Shown: piece by piece, positions 9,120-18,447 of the stretch
How the letters are laid out: every line of letters begins with the position of its first letter
Position numbering within the stretch: position 1 is the first letter of the stretch
DNA from: Candidatus Harrisonbacteria bacterium
Lineage (GTDB): Bacteria; Patescibacteriota; Minisyncoccia; UBA6257; UBA11618
Direction: 5' to 3'
Length of the DNA: 64,000 nt
Assembly (NCBI GenBank): GCA_023244835.1
Contig: JAHFLN010000001.1
Location: 4,912 to 68,911, forward strand
Position numbers and translations under genes: made by a program
Notes under the pieces: generated by a model
What the model was told of the DNA's origin: nothing
The model's database searches: none
Seen by the model: the letters and a program-made list of their open reading frames with translations, nothing else

Positions 9120-9151
9120 GTCGATCATGCGGAGAGGTCGTGCGCATCATC

Positions 9152-9183
9152 AAAAAACCCGCGCCAGATTGCGCGGGTTTTTC
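9152..9183. terminator. Rho-independent terminator (A6-CCCGCGC-loop-GCGCGGG-T5)
   Basis: Perfect 7 bp GC stem flanked by A and T runs. Confidence 0.65.
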
Positions 9184-9194
9184 TCTCCTATTTT

Positions 9195-9563
9195 TTATAC
9201 GATCTCTTCCGCGAGGGAGAAGATGCCGTCGAAGCCCATTTCCTTGATTTCGCGCGGGATTGGCCCGAAGATGCGTGTCGCGCGCGGCTGCTTCTTGTCG
9301 TCGATCAAGACGACCGCGTTCTCATCGAAGCGCAGGCGCGTGCCATCGGGGCGGTTTATCGCGTGCGCCGTGCGCACGATGATGCATTTCACGATATCCT
9401 TCTTCTTTACCGCCTTCCGAGGCTCTGCGGTCTGGACGGACGCGATGACCGTCTCTCCGAGGTGTGCGTAGCGCTTGCGGCTCCCGCCGAGCAGCCTGAA
9501 GACACGGACGAATTTCGCGCCCGAGTTATCCGCAACTTTCAGTATCGAACGTTCCTGTACCAT
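9195..9563 (-). CDS. rplN: 50S ribosomal protein L14
   Basis: MVQERSILKVADNSGAK L14 N-terminus. Confidence 0.93.
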   Translation of the reverse strand: MVQERSILKVADNSGAKFVRVFRLLGGSRKRYAHLGETVIASVQTAEPRKAVKKKDIVKCIIVRTAHAINRPDGTRLRFDENAVVLIDDKKQPRATRIFGPIPREIKEMGFDGIFSLAEEIV

Positions 9564-9706
9564 ACCCTGTGTTACAAATTAAGCTTATTACTTATAAATC
9601 TATTGAAACTTGATTATACTCCCGATTTCTTTATTTGCCTAGTGTGTTTGCGATTCTTTAATCCCGCATTTTGCGGGATGGCTGAATTTGTAACACGGGG
9701 CATATG
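9561..9706. repeat. Family-1 palindromic intergenic element (terminal inverted repeats CCCTGTGTTACAAATT / AATTTGTAACACGGGG) between rpsQ and rplN
   Basis: ~18 bp inverted arms 105 bp apart; left arm overlaps the rplN start codon; inner hairpin CCCGCATTTTGCGGG. Confidence 0.7.
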
Positions 9707-9707
9707 C

Positions 9708-9959
9708 TTATTCGGCCTTGCCGACGATTATCCAGCGCTTCTCTTTTGACATCGGGCGCGTGGCGTGGATTACGACCGCGTCTCCCGTCTTATATTCGTT
9801 CTTCTCGTCATGCGCCTTGAATCTGGAGTGGACGGTGTATTGCTTCAGATACTTGGGGTGGCGTTTCGTTTCCGAAACCTCGACGACGCGGGTCTTCATC
9901 ATCTTGTCGGAGACGACGATGCCCTGCCGCTTGCGTACGTTTATCGCTTTCTTTTCCAT
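9708..9959 (-). CDS. rpsQ: 30S ribosomal protein S17
   Basis: 83 aa, S17-like GIVVSDKMMKTRVVEV. Confidence 0.9.
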   Translation of the reverse strand: MEKKAINVRKRQGIVVSDKMMKTRVVEVSETKRHPKYLKQYTVHSRFKAHDEKNEYKTGDAVVIHATRPMSKEKRWIIVGKAE

Positions 9960-9964
9960 GATAT

Positions 9965-10171
9965 TTATTTCTTTGCCGGGGCGAGCGCTTTTCGGGCGGT
10001 GAGTATCCGGGCGATATCTTTCTTCATCGTCCGTATTCCCTTTATATTCTTGACTTTTCCCGACATCAAATCGATCTTAGATTGCCATAATTTTTCGCGA
10101 AATTCAAGGGCGAGCTTTGCGAGCTCCGCATCTGTCTTCCCTTTGAAATTTTCCTTAGCTTGCTTTGCCAT
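9965..10171 (-). CDS. rpmC: 50S ribosomal protein L29
   Basis: 68 aa helical; synteny. Confidence 0.85.
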   Translation of the reverse strand: MAKQAKENFKGKTDAELAKLALEFREKLWQSKIDLMSGKVKNIKGIRTMKKDIARILTARKALAPAKK

Positions 10172-10175
10172 ATGG

Positions 10176-10592
10176 TTATTCGAATTTGGATATCATCTTG
10201 GTCTTTACCGGCAGCTTGTGCCCAGCGAGACGCAAGGCTTCTTTCGCGACTGTGGCCGATACGCCATCCATCTCGAACAGAACTCTGCCTTTCCTGACCG
10301 GGAAGACGTAAAATTCCGGATTTCCCTTACCGCCACCCATCGTAATGTCCGTCGGGCGCGAGGTAACCGGCTTGTCGGGGAATATGCGGATCCAGATCTT
10401 TCCCTCGCGCTTCACGAAGTTCGTGAGCGCCCTCCGTGCCGCTTCGATATGGCGCGATGAAATCCACGCAACGCCTTCGGAGCGCAGTCCATATGAGCCA
10501 TAGGAAAGCGTGAGTCCGCGCGTCTCAACCGTGCGCTTCCTCGACCGTCCTTTTTGCCACTTCCTGTGTTTTACTTTCTTAGGCAGTAACAT
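10176..10592 (-). CDS. rplP: 50S ribosomal protein L16
   Basis: [17 protein letters not shown]16 N-terminus. Confidence 0.93.
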   Translation of the reverse strand: MLLPKKVKHRKWQKGRSRKRTVETRGLTLSYGSYGLRSEGVAWISSRHIEAARRALTNFVKREGKIWIRIFPDKPVTSRPTDITMGGGKGNPEFYVFPVRKGRVLFEMDGVSATVAKEALRLAGHKLPVKTKMISKFE

Positions 10593-10602
10593 GTCGTTTT
10601 TT

Positions 10603-11301
10603 TTAGGCGTTTTCCTTATTAGCCGCGATATCCGTTTCGAATACGTCTCCTTTATAGATCATGACCTTGATGCCGACCGTTCCGTAGGTCGTGAAGGCGG
10701 TATTTTCGCTGTAATCGATGTTCGCCCGCAGGGTCTGGAGCGGCAAGCGTCCCTTCGCGAGCCACTGGCGGCGGGCGATTTCCGCTCCGTCGATGCGGCC
10801 CGAGAATTGGATGCGCGCGCCAAGCACCCCCTTATTCATCATGATCGCCTCCAGCTGCTTTTTCATGGTGCGGCGCGAGGGCATGCGCTTTTCGAGATCG
10901 GCCGCGATATTCTGGCCGACGATTGCCGCTGAAATGTCGAAGCGGCGGAGTTCGTCTATCGTAAGGCTGACTGAGAATGACGGCTTTACCGCTTTTCGCG
11001 CGCGGAAGAGCTTTGTGAGCGCGTCTTCGAGGGCCTTATGGAGCAATTCGATACCTTTGCCTCCCCGGCCGATGATGAAGCCCGGCCGCGCCGCCTTAAT
11101 GACGATGCGGTAGTTGTTGTTCATCGTGCGTTCGATGTCGATGCGGATGATTCCTGCCGCGGCGATTTTATCCTCGATAATCGTGCGCAATAATAAATCC
11201 TCTTCAAGCTGGTTCCTGAAGCTCTTCTTGGCGAACCATCTCGACTTCCACGTTTCGATGATTCCCAAACGCAATGAATCCGGTCTGATCTTGTGTCCCA
11301 T
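10603..11301 (-). CDS. rpsC: 30S ribosomal protein S3
   Basis: [15 protein letters not shown]-terminus with KH domain. Confidence 0.93.
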   Translation of the reverse strand: MGHKIRPDSLRLGIIETWKSRWFAKKSFRNQLEEDLLLRTIIEDKIAAAGIIRIDIERTMNNNYRIVIKAARPGFIIGRGGKGIELLHKALEDALTKLFRARKAVKPSFSVSLTIDELRRFDISAAIVGQNIAADLEKRMPSRRTMKKQLEAIMMNKGVLGARIQFSGRIDGAEIARRQWLAKGRLPLQTLRANIDYSENTAFTTYGTVGIKVMIYKGDVFETDIAANKENA

Positions 11302-11308
11302 ATATGTA

Positions 11309-11821
11309 TTATCCTGATTTACGCCTAAAAACGCGGCGCATGAATCCGGGGTCTTCCGAGGATTTCTTATCCGGCTTTTCCGCGGGCTTCGCCTTGCCCT
11401 TCGGGGCGCCCGGAACTCTTGCTTTCTTTTCTTTCGATTCCTTTTTCTCGCGCGGGATCATTACGAAGCGAGCGGGCTTCATATCTTTTTCCGATTCCGC
11501 GAGGATGATCGAGATGTGGCTCGTCATTTTGTGGATCGGCGAGGCGCTTCCTTTCGCGCGCGGGAGCGAGCGCTTCATCGTCGGTCCCTGGTCGACGCGG
11601 ATTGCCGCAACGCGGAGCTTTCCCATAACCATCTTCAATTCATTCGCGTTTGCCATCGCTGAGCGGAGCAATTTCAAGATTGCCGGCGCGGCGCGCTTCT
11701 TCATCATCATAAGTTGGGCTTCGGCTTCGGTTGTGGCCAAGCCGCGCACGACGTCGATAACGAGGCGCACCTTACGAGGCGCCATATGGAGATGATTCAA
11801 TTGTGCCTGCGCGTTTTTCAT
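11309..11821 (-). CDS. rplV: 50S ribosomal protein L22 with Lys-rich C-terminal extension
   Basis: PRKVRLVIDVVRG motif; synteny. Confidence 0.88.
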   Translation of the reverse strand: MKNAQAQLNHLHMAPRKVRLVIDVVRGLATTEAEAQLMMMKKRAAPAILKLLRSAMANANELKMVMGKLRVAAIRVDQGPTMKRSLPRAKGSASPIHKMTSHISIILAESEKDMKPARFVMIPREKKESKEKKARVPGAPKGKAKPAEKPDKKSSEDPGFMRRVFRRKSG

Positions 11822-11823
11822 GG

Positions 11824-12138
11824 TTATTTCTTGGCTGCCGGGGCGGCTGCGGGAGCGCCTTTCTCTATATCGCGCTGCATCTTGCCGCCGTGTTTCGTGA
11901 ATTTCCGGGTCGGCGAGAATTCGCCCAGGCGATGGCCGACCATTTCCTCCTTCACGGAAACCGCGGTGAACTGCTTTCCGTTATGAACGCCTATCGTAAT
12001 GCCGACCATTTCCGGCGAGATCTCGGAATCGCGCGACCAGGTCTTAATTCCTTCGGTTGCTCCACTCGCCTTCAATGCGGCCACCTTCTTCAGGAGCTTC
12101 GGGTCGATCCACGGGCCTTTTTTAGAACTTCTGGACAT
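11824..12138 (-). CDS. rpsS: 30S ribosomal protein S19
   Basis: [19 protein letters not shown]; GHRLGEF motif. Confidence 0.93.
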   Translation of the reverse strand: MSRSSKKGPWIDPKLLKKVAALKASGATEGIKTWSRDSEISPEMVGITIGVHNGKQFTAVSVKEEMVGHRLGEFSPTRKFTKHGGKMQRDIEKGAPAAAPAAKK

Positions 12139-12147
12139 ATATATGTA

Positions 12148-12984
12148 TTACCGGACTTTCGGACGGCGGCGGAGAATCAGCGGGTTCGACCACTTCTTCG
12201 GACTGCGTGTCTTTTTGCCGCCGGTTATGTTTCCCCACTTATCCTTCGGGCGGCGCGTGCCGCGCGGCTGGCGCCCTTCACCGCCTCCGTAGGGGTGATC
12301 GCAGGGGTTCATCGCGCTTCCGCGCACCGTGGGCCTTATACCCATCCAGCGGGACCTGCCTGCCTTCCCGAAATTCGTGAGGCTCCAGTCGGGATTCGAA
12401 ACCTGTCCTATCGTCGCGAGTGACGTCCAGAGGATGCGACGCACTTCTTTCGAGGGCATCTTAAGCGTGGTGTAACCGGCATCGTGACCTAATACTTCCG
12501 CCGCGGATCCCGCCGAGCGGATGAGCTTTCCTCCCGCACCGCGCTGCATCTCGATATTATGCACCTGCGAGCCAACCAGTATGTTCTTTAGGGGCATACG
12601 GTTGCCGGGCGCGAGCGCCACGGTTTCAGAGGTGAGTATTACGTCGCCTTTCTTCATGCCTTCCGGCGCCAAGATATAGCGGCGTTCGCCGTCTTTGTAA
12701 ACAACGAGGGCGATGAATGCGGTGCGGTAAGGGTCGTATTCGAGCGTTTCGACGCGACCGGGAATATCGAACTTGTCTTGCTTGAAATCGACCATGCGGT
12801 AGGTTTTTCTATTACCTCCTCCCTGGTGGCGCATGGTTATGATGCCGCGGTGGTTGCGCGCCGCCTTGTTCTTCAAGTGCTTCGTGAGCGGCTTATGCGG
12901 AACGTTTGTCGTGATGCACGAATAATCTATCGTCTTCATCTGACGACGGCTCGCGCTTGTGGGTTTGTAGGTCTTGATCGGCAT
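12148..12984 (-). CDS. rplB: 50S ribosomal protein L2
   Basis: 278 aa, GGGNRKTYR...DHPYGGGEG motifs. Confidence 0.95.
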   Translation of the reverse strand: MPIKTYKPTSASRRQMKTIDYSCITTNVPHKPLTKHLKNKAARNHRGIITMRHQGGGNRKTYRMVDFKQDKFDIPGRVETLEYDPYRTAFIALVVYKDGERRYILAPEGMKKGDVILTSETVALAPGNRMPLKNILVGSQVHNIEMQRGAGGKLIRSAGSAAEVLGHDAGYTTLKMPSKEVRRILWTSLATIGQVSNPDWSLTNFGKAGRSRWMGIRPTVRGSAMNPCDHPYGGGEGRQPRGTRRPKDKWGNITGGKKTRSPKKWSNPLILRRRPKVR

Positions 12985-12995
12985 GGGCGTGTCTC

Positions 12996-13277
12996 TTATT
13001 GCGGCATTATATCGAGTTTTTCGCCTTTCTTCAAGGTAACGATCGCCTTCTTGAAGCCGTGTTTTACGCCCATGATCTTGCCCCTGCGCCTTTCTTTCGG
13101 ACGCACGTTCATGACATGCACGGCGGTTACCGTGACCTTATATTCCTTTTCCACGATCTTTTTTACCTCTGACTTGTTCGCATCGCTTCCCACAAGGAAG
13201 GTGTATTTGCCGTTTGCGGTCGCCAAGCCAGCCTTTTCGGTGATATACGGGCGTTTTACGAGGAATTTATCAGTCAT
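12996..13277 (-). CDS. rplW: 50S ribosomal protein L23
   Basis: 93 aa; synteny between L4 and L2. Confidence 0.85.
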   Translation of the reverse strand: MTDKFLVKRPYITEKAGLATANGKYTFLVGSDANKSEVKKIVEKEYKVTVTAVHVMNVRPKERRRGKIMGVKHGFKKAIVTLKKGEKLDIMPQ

Positions 13278-13286
13278 GGCAGTATT

Positions 13287-13880
13287 TTATGAAATCGCCT
13301 GGACGGCTTTCTGATCGATCAGAACGCTTTTGAATTTAAGCACATCCTCGACGTTTAAGGAGCGGACGTCGAGCGCCTTTATCTTTTGCATGTTTGCCGA
13401 TGCGCGGAAGATATCCTTGTTTCCCATCGCCGGGACAAGGAGAGTGCTCTGTTTTACCCAGCGCAATTCGCGGGTCTTGGGTTCTTTAAGATCCATAGTA
13501 TCGATTACGCGGAGCTCGCCGTCCGCGAGTTTACGGGACAAGGCGACATAGAGCGCCGCTTTAACCATCTTCTTATTAACTTTCTGCGAAAAATCGCGAT
13601 CTTTGCGAGGGCCGAATGTCGCGCCGCCGCCTTTCCAGAGCGGAGAGCGAGTCGAGCCATGTCGTGCGCGGCCGGTTCCTTTTTGCCGCCATGGCTTCTT
13701 GCCGCCGCCCGATACTTCGTCGCGCTGCTTCGTGTGCGCTAGGGGCTGCCTGCGGTTCGCGGCGATTGCGACAACAACCTGGTGGATCAAGTCGGAGTTC
13801 CATGGGCGGCTGAAAATCGCGTCGGATGCCTCGACTTCGCCAACCGTCTCGTTCTTCTTGTTATATACCGCGAGTTTCAT
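13287..13880 (-). CDS. rplD: 50S ribosomal protein L4
   Basis: GGGKKPWRQKGTGRARHGS motif; start chosen at MKLAVYNK to avoid overlap with rplC. Confidence 0.9.
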   Translation of the reverse strand: MKLAVYNKKNETVGEVEASDAIFSRPWNSDLIHQVVVAIAANRRQPLAHTKQRDEVSGGGKKPWRQKGTGRARHGSTRSPLWKGGGATFGPRKDRDFSQKVNKKMVKAALYVALSRKLADGELRVIDTMDLKEPKTRELRWVKQSTLLVPAMGNKDIFRASANMQKIKALDVRSLNVEDVLKFKSVLIDQKAVQAIS

Positions 13881-13884
13881 GATG

Positions 13885-14307
13885 TTATGAGGAAATTTCG
13901 ACAGATCCTTTCCGAGGGCCGGGCACGGCGCCGCGGATGGAAACTTCGCGCGTTTCGGCATTTACCGCGACCACTTTCAAGCCTTTCACGGTTTTCCGGA
14001 TAACGCCCATGTGGCCTGCCATGCGCAAGCCGGGAATGACGCGCTGCGCGGCCGTGTTTCCGATCGAGCCCGGGGCGCGGAAACGGTTCTTTTGACCGTG
14101 GGTTTTCGGGCCGCCGCCGAAATTATGGCGCTTCACCACGCCGGCGAAACCATGGCCCTTCGTGGTGCCGGTTACGGCAACGAGCGAATCTTCGGCGATC
14201 GTTGAAATATCGCCCGCTTCGTCGAGTTTCACGAGGGTTACAGGAATGACAACGTCGCCTTTCCAGACCTGCGTCATTTTCAGTTTCTTTCCGGTTAATC
14301 TAGCCAT
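13885..14307 (-). CDS. rplC: 50S ribosomal protein L3, unusually short (140 aa)
   Basis: KMTQVW...GHGFAGVVKRHNF...GAVPG motifs; lacks ~65 aa internal region relative to E. coli L3. Confidence 0.85.
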   Translation of the reverse strand: MARLTGKKLKMTQVWKGDVVIPVTLVKLDEAGDISTIAEDSLVAVTGTTKGHGFAGVVKRHNFGGGPKTHGQKNRFRAPGSIGNTAAQRVIPGLRMAGHMGVIRKTVKGLKVVAVNAETREVSIRGAVPGPRKGSVEISS

Positions 14308-14455
14308 ATGCGACTATCGTGAAAACAGTTTTTTAATAATAGAGTATCCGACTGCTTTTTGCAAGGAGTATTGCCATATCAAGCGTCCCGTGGCATACTG
14401 GCTCCGCGTCAGGTCTTCGAAAATCTACCATCTCCTAATCAGAAAGGAGGCTCGC

Positions 14456-15157
14456 ATGCCTTCTCAATCGAATCCGTCGCAACGGATTCTCATGGTTCAT
14501 GCCTATGGATTCCGCGATGCCGCGCATCTTGGCGCGCTTACGCTCGCCGTGTGCAGGAAAGTCTTGAAGCATGCCGACGATTATGACCGGATCATCCTTT
14601 TGGGCGGCTGGGACACGAAAGGAAAGCCTGCCCGCCCGACTTCAGCCGAACTCATGGCTATATGGCTTATCGAGCATGGCGTCTCTCCGAACAAGCTCGT
14701 CGGCCAAATCACTGCGGGAGAGCGTTCCCGAAACCGACGGCCTGCGCGCGACACCATCGAAGAAGCAGATTTGGCGGGGATCATTCTCCGGGATCTCTAC
14801 CCTGGCGCGCATTTGCAGGAAATCCGCTTCGATGCCGTAGGCGCTTGGTTCCATGCGCCGCGCATCAAGATAATTTGGTGGAAACGAACCCCGCGTCTCG
14901 GGCGATTCCTGCATGCGTTCTCGTGGCGCATGCTCCTGCCCGACATGTGGTGGCGGATGTTCGAGGAGATTCCCGGCATCTGGCTTACTCGGCGCGATCC
15001 GCTCGGTACGGGAGATTTCTTCCGATGGTTGCGTCGTGGACGAACGCATGAGCATGTCATGAGTGAATATTCCGCGAATACCATCGATGCGTGGTATCCC
15101 GAACGATCCGTTTTCGATCGGCCTGCGGCATGCACGAGCCTGCCCGCATCGGAATGA
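14456..15157 (+). CDS. DUF218 (YdcF/SanA-like) domain protein
   Basis: AAAGGAGG Shine-Dalgarno at 14443-14450; RIILLGG...SAELMAIWLIEHGV...RDTIEEA pattern; the upstream part of track ORF 14162..15157 is antisense to rplC and discarded. Confidence 0.55.
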   Translation: MPSQSNPSQRILMVHAYGFRDAAHLGALTLAVCRKVLKHADDYDRIILLGGWDTKGKPARPTSAELMAIWLIEHGVSPNKLVGQITAGERSRNRRPARDTIEEADLAGIILRDLYPGAHLQEIRFDAVGAWFHAPRIKIIWWKRTPRLGRFLHAFSWRMLLPDMWWRMFEEIPGIWLTRRDPLGTGDFFRWLRRGRTHEHVMSEYSANTIDAWYPERSVFDRPAACTSLPASE

Positions 15158-15323
15158 CCGGCTCAATGCCCTCATTCCAGCTCTTTCGCGTTTTCTCCCT
15201 TTTTTGCCGTCTTGTCCTCATTAGGATCGGACGGCATTTGATTTTATATTCGATATGTGGCATACTAGGCGCAGCTCGAGTAGGCATATCGCCCGCTCAC
15301 CAACTTGAACAAGGAGACCGCCC

Positions 15324-15698
15324 GTGCTTAAGCGATTCGTGATCTTCATGCTTTTGAATGCCGAGGGACTTCCCCGCGGCGGCGGAGGCTGCAAAGACTT
15401 CATGATGACTGATGATGGCAAAAACATTGCTTCGTGGGATAGTCAGGATGAGGCCATTGAGGCCCTTCGAACGCGATTCCCTCTTCGATGCAATGTCGCG
15501 CAAGTGTGCGACACGAATGATAATTCTTTCGTTGAGCTTCTGCTGAAACGTGTTTGGGAGCTTCCCGAGACGCCGAAGTCGCAGCAGCAGCAACGAGGAG
15601 GAGGCGACCAGTCACGCAGCGATCGAGAACGGCCGCAACAGCAGCACTCTTCGAACCCTCCGCCTCCGAAAGGCGATGGCGGCGGCCCTTCGAAGTAA
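15324..15698 (+). CDS. Hypothetical secreted or membrane protein with low-complexity Gln/Gly/Pro C-terminus (GTG start)
   Basis: AAGGAG Shine-Dalgarno; TTGATT-17-CATACT promoter at ~15230-15265. Confidence 0.4.
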   Translation: MLKRFVIFMLLNAEGLPRGGGGCKDFMMTDDGKNIASWDSQDEAIEALRTRFPLRCNVAQVCDTNDNSFVELLLKRVWELPETPKSQQQQRGGGDQSRSDRERPQQQHSSNPPPPKGDGGGPSK

Positions 15699-15730
15699 TT
15701 TTCTTGCGATAGACGCATCCTTCACCCTCC

Positions 15731-15756
15731 CTCGCCCTTTCCGGGCGAGTTTTTTT
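15731..15756 (+). terminator. Rho-independent terminator (CTCGCCC-TTTCC-GGGCGAG-T7)
   Basis: Perfect 7 bp stem plus T7. Confidence 0.65.
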
Positions 15757-15761
15757 GTATG

Positions 15762-15787
15762 AAAAAACCGCCTTTCGGCGGTTCTTT
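15762..15787 (-). terminator. Rho-independent terminator after rpsJ (CCGCC-GAAA-GGCGG plus T-run on minus)
   Basis: Hairpin plus A6 on plus strand. Confidence 0.55.
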
Positions 15788-15789
15788 CA

Positions 15790-16116
15790 TTACATCATCT
15801 TTATCTCAATATCGACGCCCGCGGGCAGGTTGAGCTTGGAAAGCGCTTCAACGATGCCCGGCGTGATATTGAATATATCTATCAGCCGCTTGTGCACGCG
15901 GAGCTCGAATTGCTCGCGCGAGTTCTTATGGACGAAGGTCGAACGGTTCACCGTATACTTGTGAATCTCCGTCGGGAGCGGGATCGGCCCCATCACCTCG
16001 ACGTCATATCGTCTCGCGGTTTCAACGATCTGGCGCGCCGAGCTGTCGATCAGCTTGTGATCGTACGCCTTGATGCGGAGGCGGAGCTTCTCTACTTTCG
16101 GCTTTTCCTTGACCAT
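15790..16116 (-). CDS. rpsJ: 30S ribosomal protein S10
   Basis: [14 protein letters not shown]...GPIPLPT S10 motifs. Confidence 0.93.
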   Translation of the reverse strand: MVKEKPKVEKLRLRIKAYDHKLIDSSARQIVETARRYDVEVMGPIPLPTEIHKYTVNRSTFVHKNSREQFELRVHKRLIDIFNITPGIVEALSKLNLPAGVDIEIKMM

Positions 16117-16143
16117 AATGACTGAAAGAGCTTGGTTAGCGGA

Positions 16144-17343
16144 CTATTTATTTATCTTCGTCACGACGCCCGCTCCTACGGTCTTGCCGCCTTCGCGGAT
16201 CGCGAAGCGCTGCTTTTCCTCGAGCGCGACCGCCATAATAAGCTTGACGTTGATCTTGATCGTGTCGCCCGGCATGACCATTTCTGTTCCTTCCGGCAGG
16301 ATCACCTCGCCTGTTACGTCCGTCGTTCTCATGTAGAACTGGGGTTTATATCCCTTGAAGAACGGGGTGTGACGGCCGCCTTCCTCCTTGCTCAATACGT
16401 AGACCTCGCACTCGAAGTCGGTGTGCGGCGAGACGGAGCCGGGCTTCGCGAGCACCTGGCCGCGCTCCACGTCCTCCTTCTTCAAGCCGCGGACCAAGAT
16501 GCCGACGTTGTCGCCCGCGCGACCCTCGTCCAAGAGCTTGTTGAACATTTCGATGCCGGTTACGACGGTCTTCTGGCTCGGGCGAAGACCGATGATTTCG
16601 ACTTCCTCGTTGACTTTCACGATACCGCGCTCGATACGGCCGGTTACGACCGTGCCGCGGCCTTCAATTGAGAAAATATCTTCGACGGGCATAAGGAAGG
16701 TCTTGTCGGTCTCGCGGACAGGCTCGGGGATGTACTCGTCGAGCGCTTTCACGAGATCAAGGATCGGCTGGACTGACGGGTCTTCGAGGCTCGAAGATTC
16801 AAGCGCCTTCAAGCCGGATCCGCGAATAACGGGGATCTGGTCTCCCGGGTATTCGTATTTCTTCAGCAATTCGCGGACTTCTGACTCAACGAGGTCGATG
16901 AGCTCCTTGTCGTCGACCATGTCGCACTTGTTCAAAAAGACGATGATCGAGGGAACGCCGATCTGGCGCGCAAGCAGAATGTGCTCGCGGGTCTGAGGCA
17001 TCGGGCCGTCGGTCGCTGAAACCACGAGGACCGCGCCGTCCATCTGGGCGGCTCCCGTGATCATGTTCTTGATGTAGTCTGCGTGACCCGGCGCGTCGAT
17101 GTGCGCGTAGTGCCGTTTCTCGGACTCGTATTCCGAGTGGTGGATAGAAATGGTGATTCCGCGGGCCTTTTCCTCCGGGCTCTTATCGAGCTCGTCGACG
17201 GTCAGCTCTTTGCCGGCCAAGCCCTTCATGTGGAGGACGTGGGTAATAGCGGCCGTGAGCGTGCTCTTGCCGTGGTCGACGTGACCGATCGTTCCGACGT
17301 TTACGTGCGGCTTAGACCGCTCGAATTTTGCCTTTTCTGCCAT
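16144..17343 (-). CDS. tuf: Elongation factor Tu
   Basis: [17 protein letters not shown] and NKCD GTPase motifs; 399 aa. Confidence 0.97.
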   Translation of the reverse strand: MAEKAKFERSKPHVNVGTIGHVDHGKSTLTAAITHVLHMKGLAGKELTVDELDKSPEEKARGITISIHHSEYESEKRHYAHIDAPGHADYIKNMITGAAQMDGAVLVVSATDGPMPQTREHILLARQIGVPSIIVFLNKCDMVDDKELIDLVESEVRELLKKYEYPGDQIPVIRGSGLKALESSSLEDPSVQPILDLVKALDEYIPEPVRETDKTFLMPVEDIFSIEGRGTVVTGRIERGIVKVNEEVEIIGLRPSQKTVVTGIEMFNKLLDEGRAGDNVGILVRGLKKEDVERGQVLAKPGSVSPHTDFECEVYVLSKEEGGRHTPFFKGYKPQFYMRTTDVTGEVILPEGTEMVMPGDTIKINVKLIMAVALEEKQRFAIREGGKTVGAGVVTKINK

Positions 17344-17438
17344 GTGTGCTGTTTTTTTACCTCTTATTTATATATGTTCTTTTTTCGACGAAAGTAACGA
17401 TAAGCATACCAATCGCCATGGGGACTGTCAATACGATA

Positions 17439-18443
17439 TTAGTACGCTTCCGGAACCCCGTTTTTAATGCGTTTCAGCACTAGATCTCGGACGCTCGTTC
17501 CGTTCCCGTCGAACATACCCGAGCCGTCGATTCCCTCCTTCGTGCAGGCATAGTCGCCCTTACACGCGCCTGCCTTGGCGATGAGGAGTTCCGCCGACTG
17601 TTTCGAAAGCTCGTATATCGCCCCCTTGCCGATTTTGGCCATATCTCCTGGAAATGAATACGCGACTCCTTCTACCAAAGGACGGAGCGCCGGCAATTCG
17701 ACGGCGTAGGAAGAGAATACGGGCTGCGTTATGCCTAAATCCTTCAGTTTTTTCAATCCTTGCGCGAAGAAGAAGGAAATATCGGTCGAGAAAATCGCAT
17801 CGTATTCCGCTCCTTTGAGCTTTAGGAGGCCCGAGGAAATATCTTTTTCCGTGCCCGTGAATATGACTTCTTTCGCGATATGGTCCTCTCCGTACGCTTC
17901 TTTAAAACTATCCGCGAGGGTCTTTGAGAATGCGTTTTGGTAGGAAATAACGGCAACTTTCTCATATTTCAAAGTATCGTGCATCTGTCTCGCTAAGAAC
18001 GCCGCTTCGCTTTCCAGGGCATATTGCATGTCATACATATTCTCCCCGCTTTCCGCATAGAGCTTTTGCGAAGCGGCCGAAGGGACGACGGCGAGGATTT
18101 CAGCTCCCTTCATGAGTGGCGCGACTGCTTCCTGCGGCGAACCGCATGCGGGACCTATAATAAGGTTCACTTTGTCGAAATCGACTAGCTTCTTATACAC
18201 CGTTACGGCTTCTTTCGGATCGCATTTGTCATCTTCGTATATGAATTCGGCATCAGTGCCGCCGAATGACGCTTCTACCCCCTCTTTCATTTCCGCGCCG
18301 TAATCGGCGGCGATGCCCGAGAGCGGCGCGATCACGCCGATTCTGACTTTAATCCCATCCGCTTTTTTCGATGTGCGAAGTAACGCCATGTAACCGCCTA
18401 TCGCAACGACGATGATCGCGAGCCATAACCAGATGCTTTTCAT
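17439..18443 (-). CDS. ABC transporter substrate-binding protein, LivJ/Peripla_BP_6-like, N-terminal TM anchor
   Basis: MKSIWLWLAIIVVAIGGYMAL anchor; paralogous to 18448, 20031, 21170, 30416 and 34224. Confidence 0.8.
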   Translation of the reverse strand: MKSIWLWLAIIVVAIGGYMALLRTSKKADGIKVRIGVIAPLSGIAADYGAEMKEGVEASFGGTDAEFIYEDDKCDPKEAVTVYKKLVDFDKVNLIIGPACGSPQEAVAPLMKGAEILAVVPSAASQKLYAESGENMYDMQYALESEAAFLARQMHDTLKYEKVAVISYQNAFSKTLADSFKEAYGEDHIAKEVIFTGTEKDISSGLLKLKGAEYDAIFSTDISFFFAQGLKKLKDLGITQPVFSSYAVELPALRPLVEGVAYSFPGDMAKIGKGAIYELSKQSAELLIAKAGACKGDYACTKEGIDGSGMFDGNGTSVRDLVLKRIKNGVPEAY

Positions 18444-18447
18444 GGCC

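Noticed and set aside
14162-14455. 5' extension of track ORF 14162..15157
   Set aside because: Overlaps rplC antisense. A clean AAAGGAGG Shine-Dalgarno plus ATG at 14456 gives a sensible DUF218 N-terminus.
16132-16996. Plus-strand ORFs antisense to tuf, and similar shadow ORFs opposite fusA, groEL, secY and the binding proteins
   Set aside because: Shadow ORFs of well-supported genes on the opposite strand.
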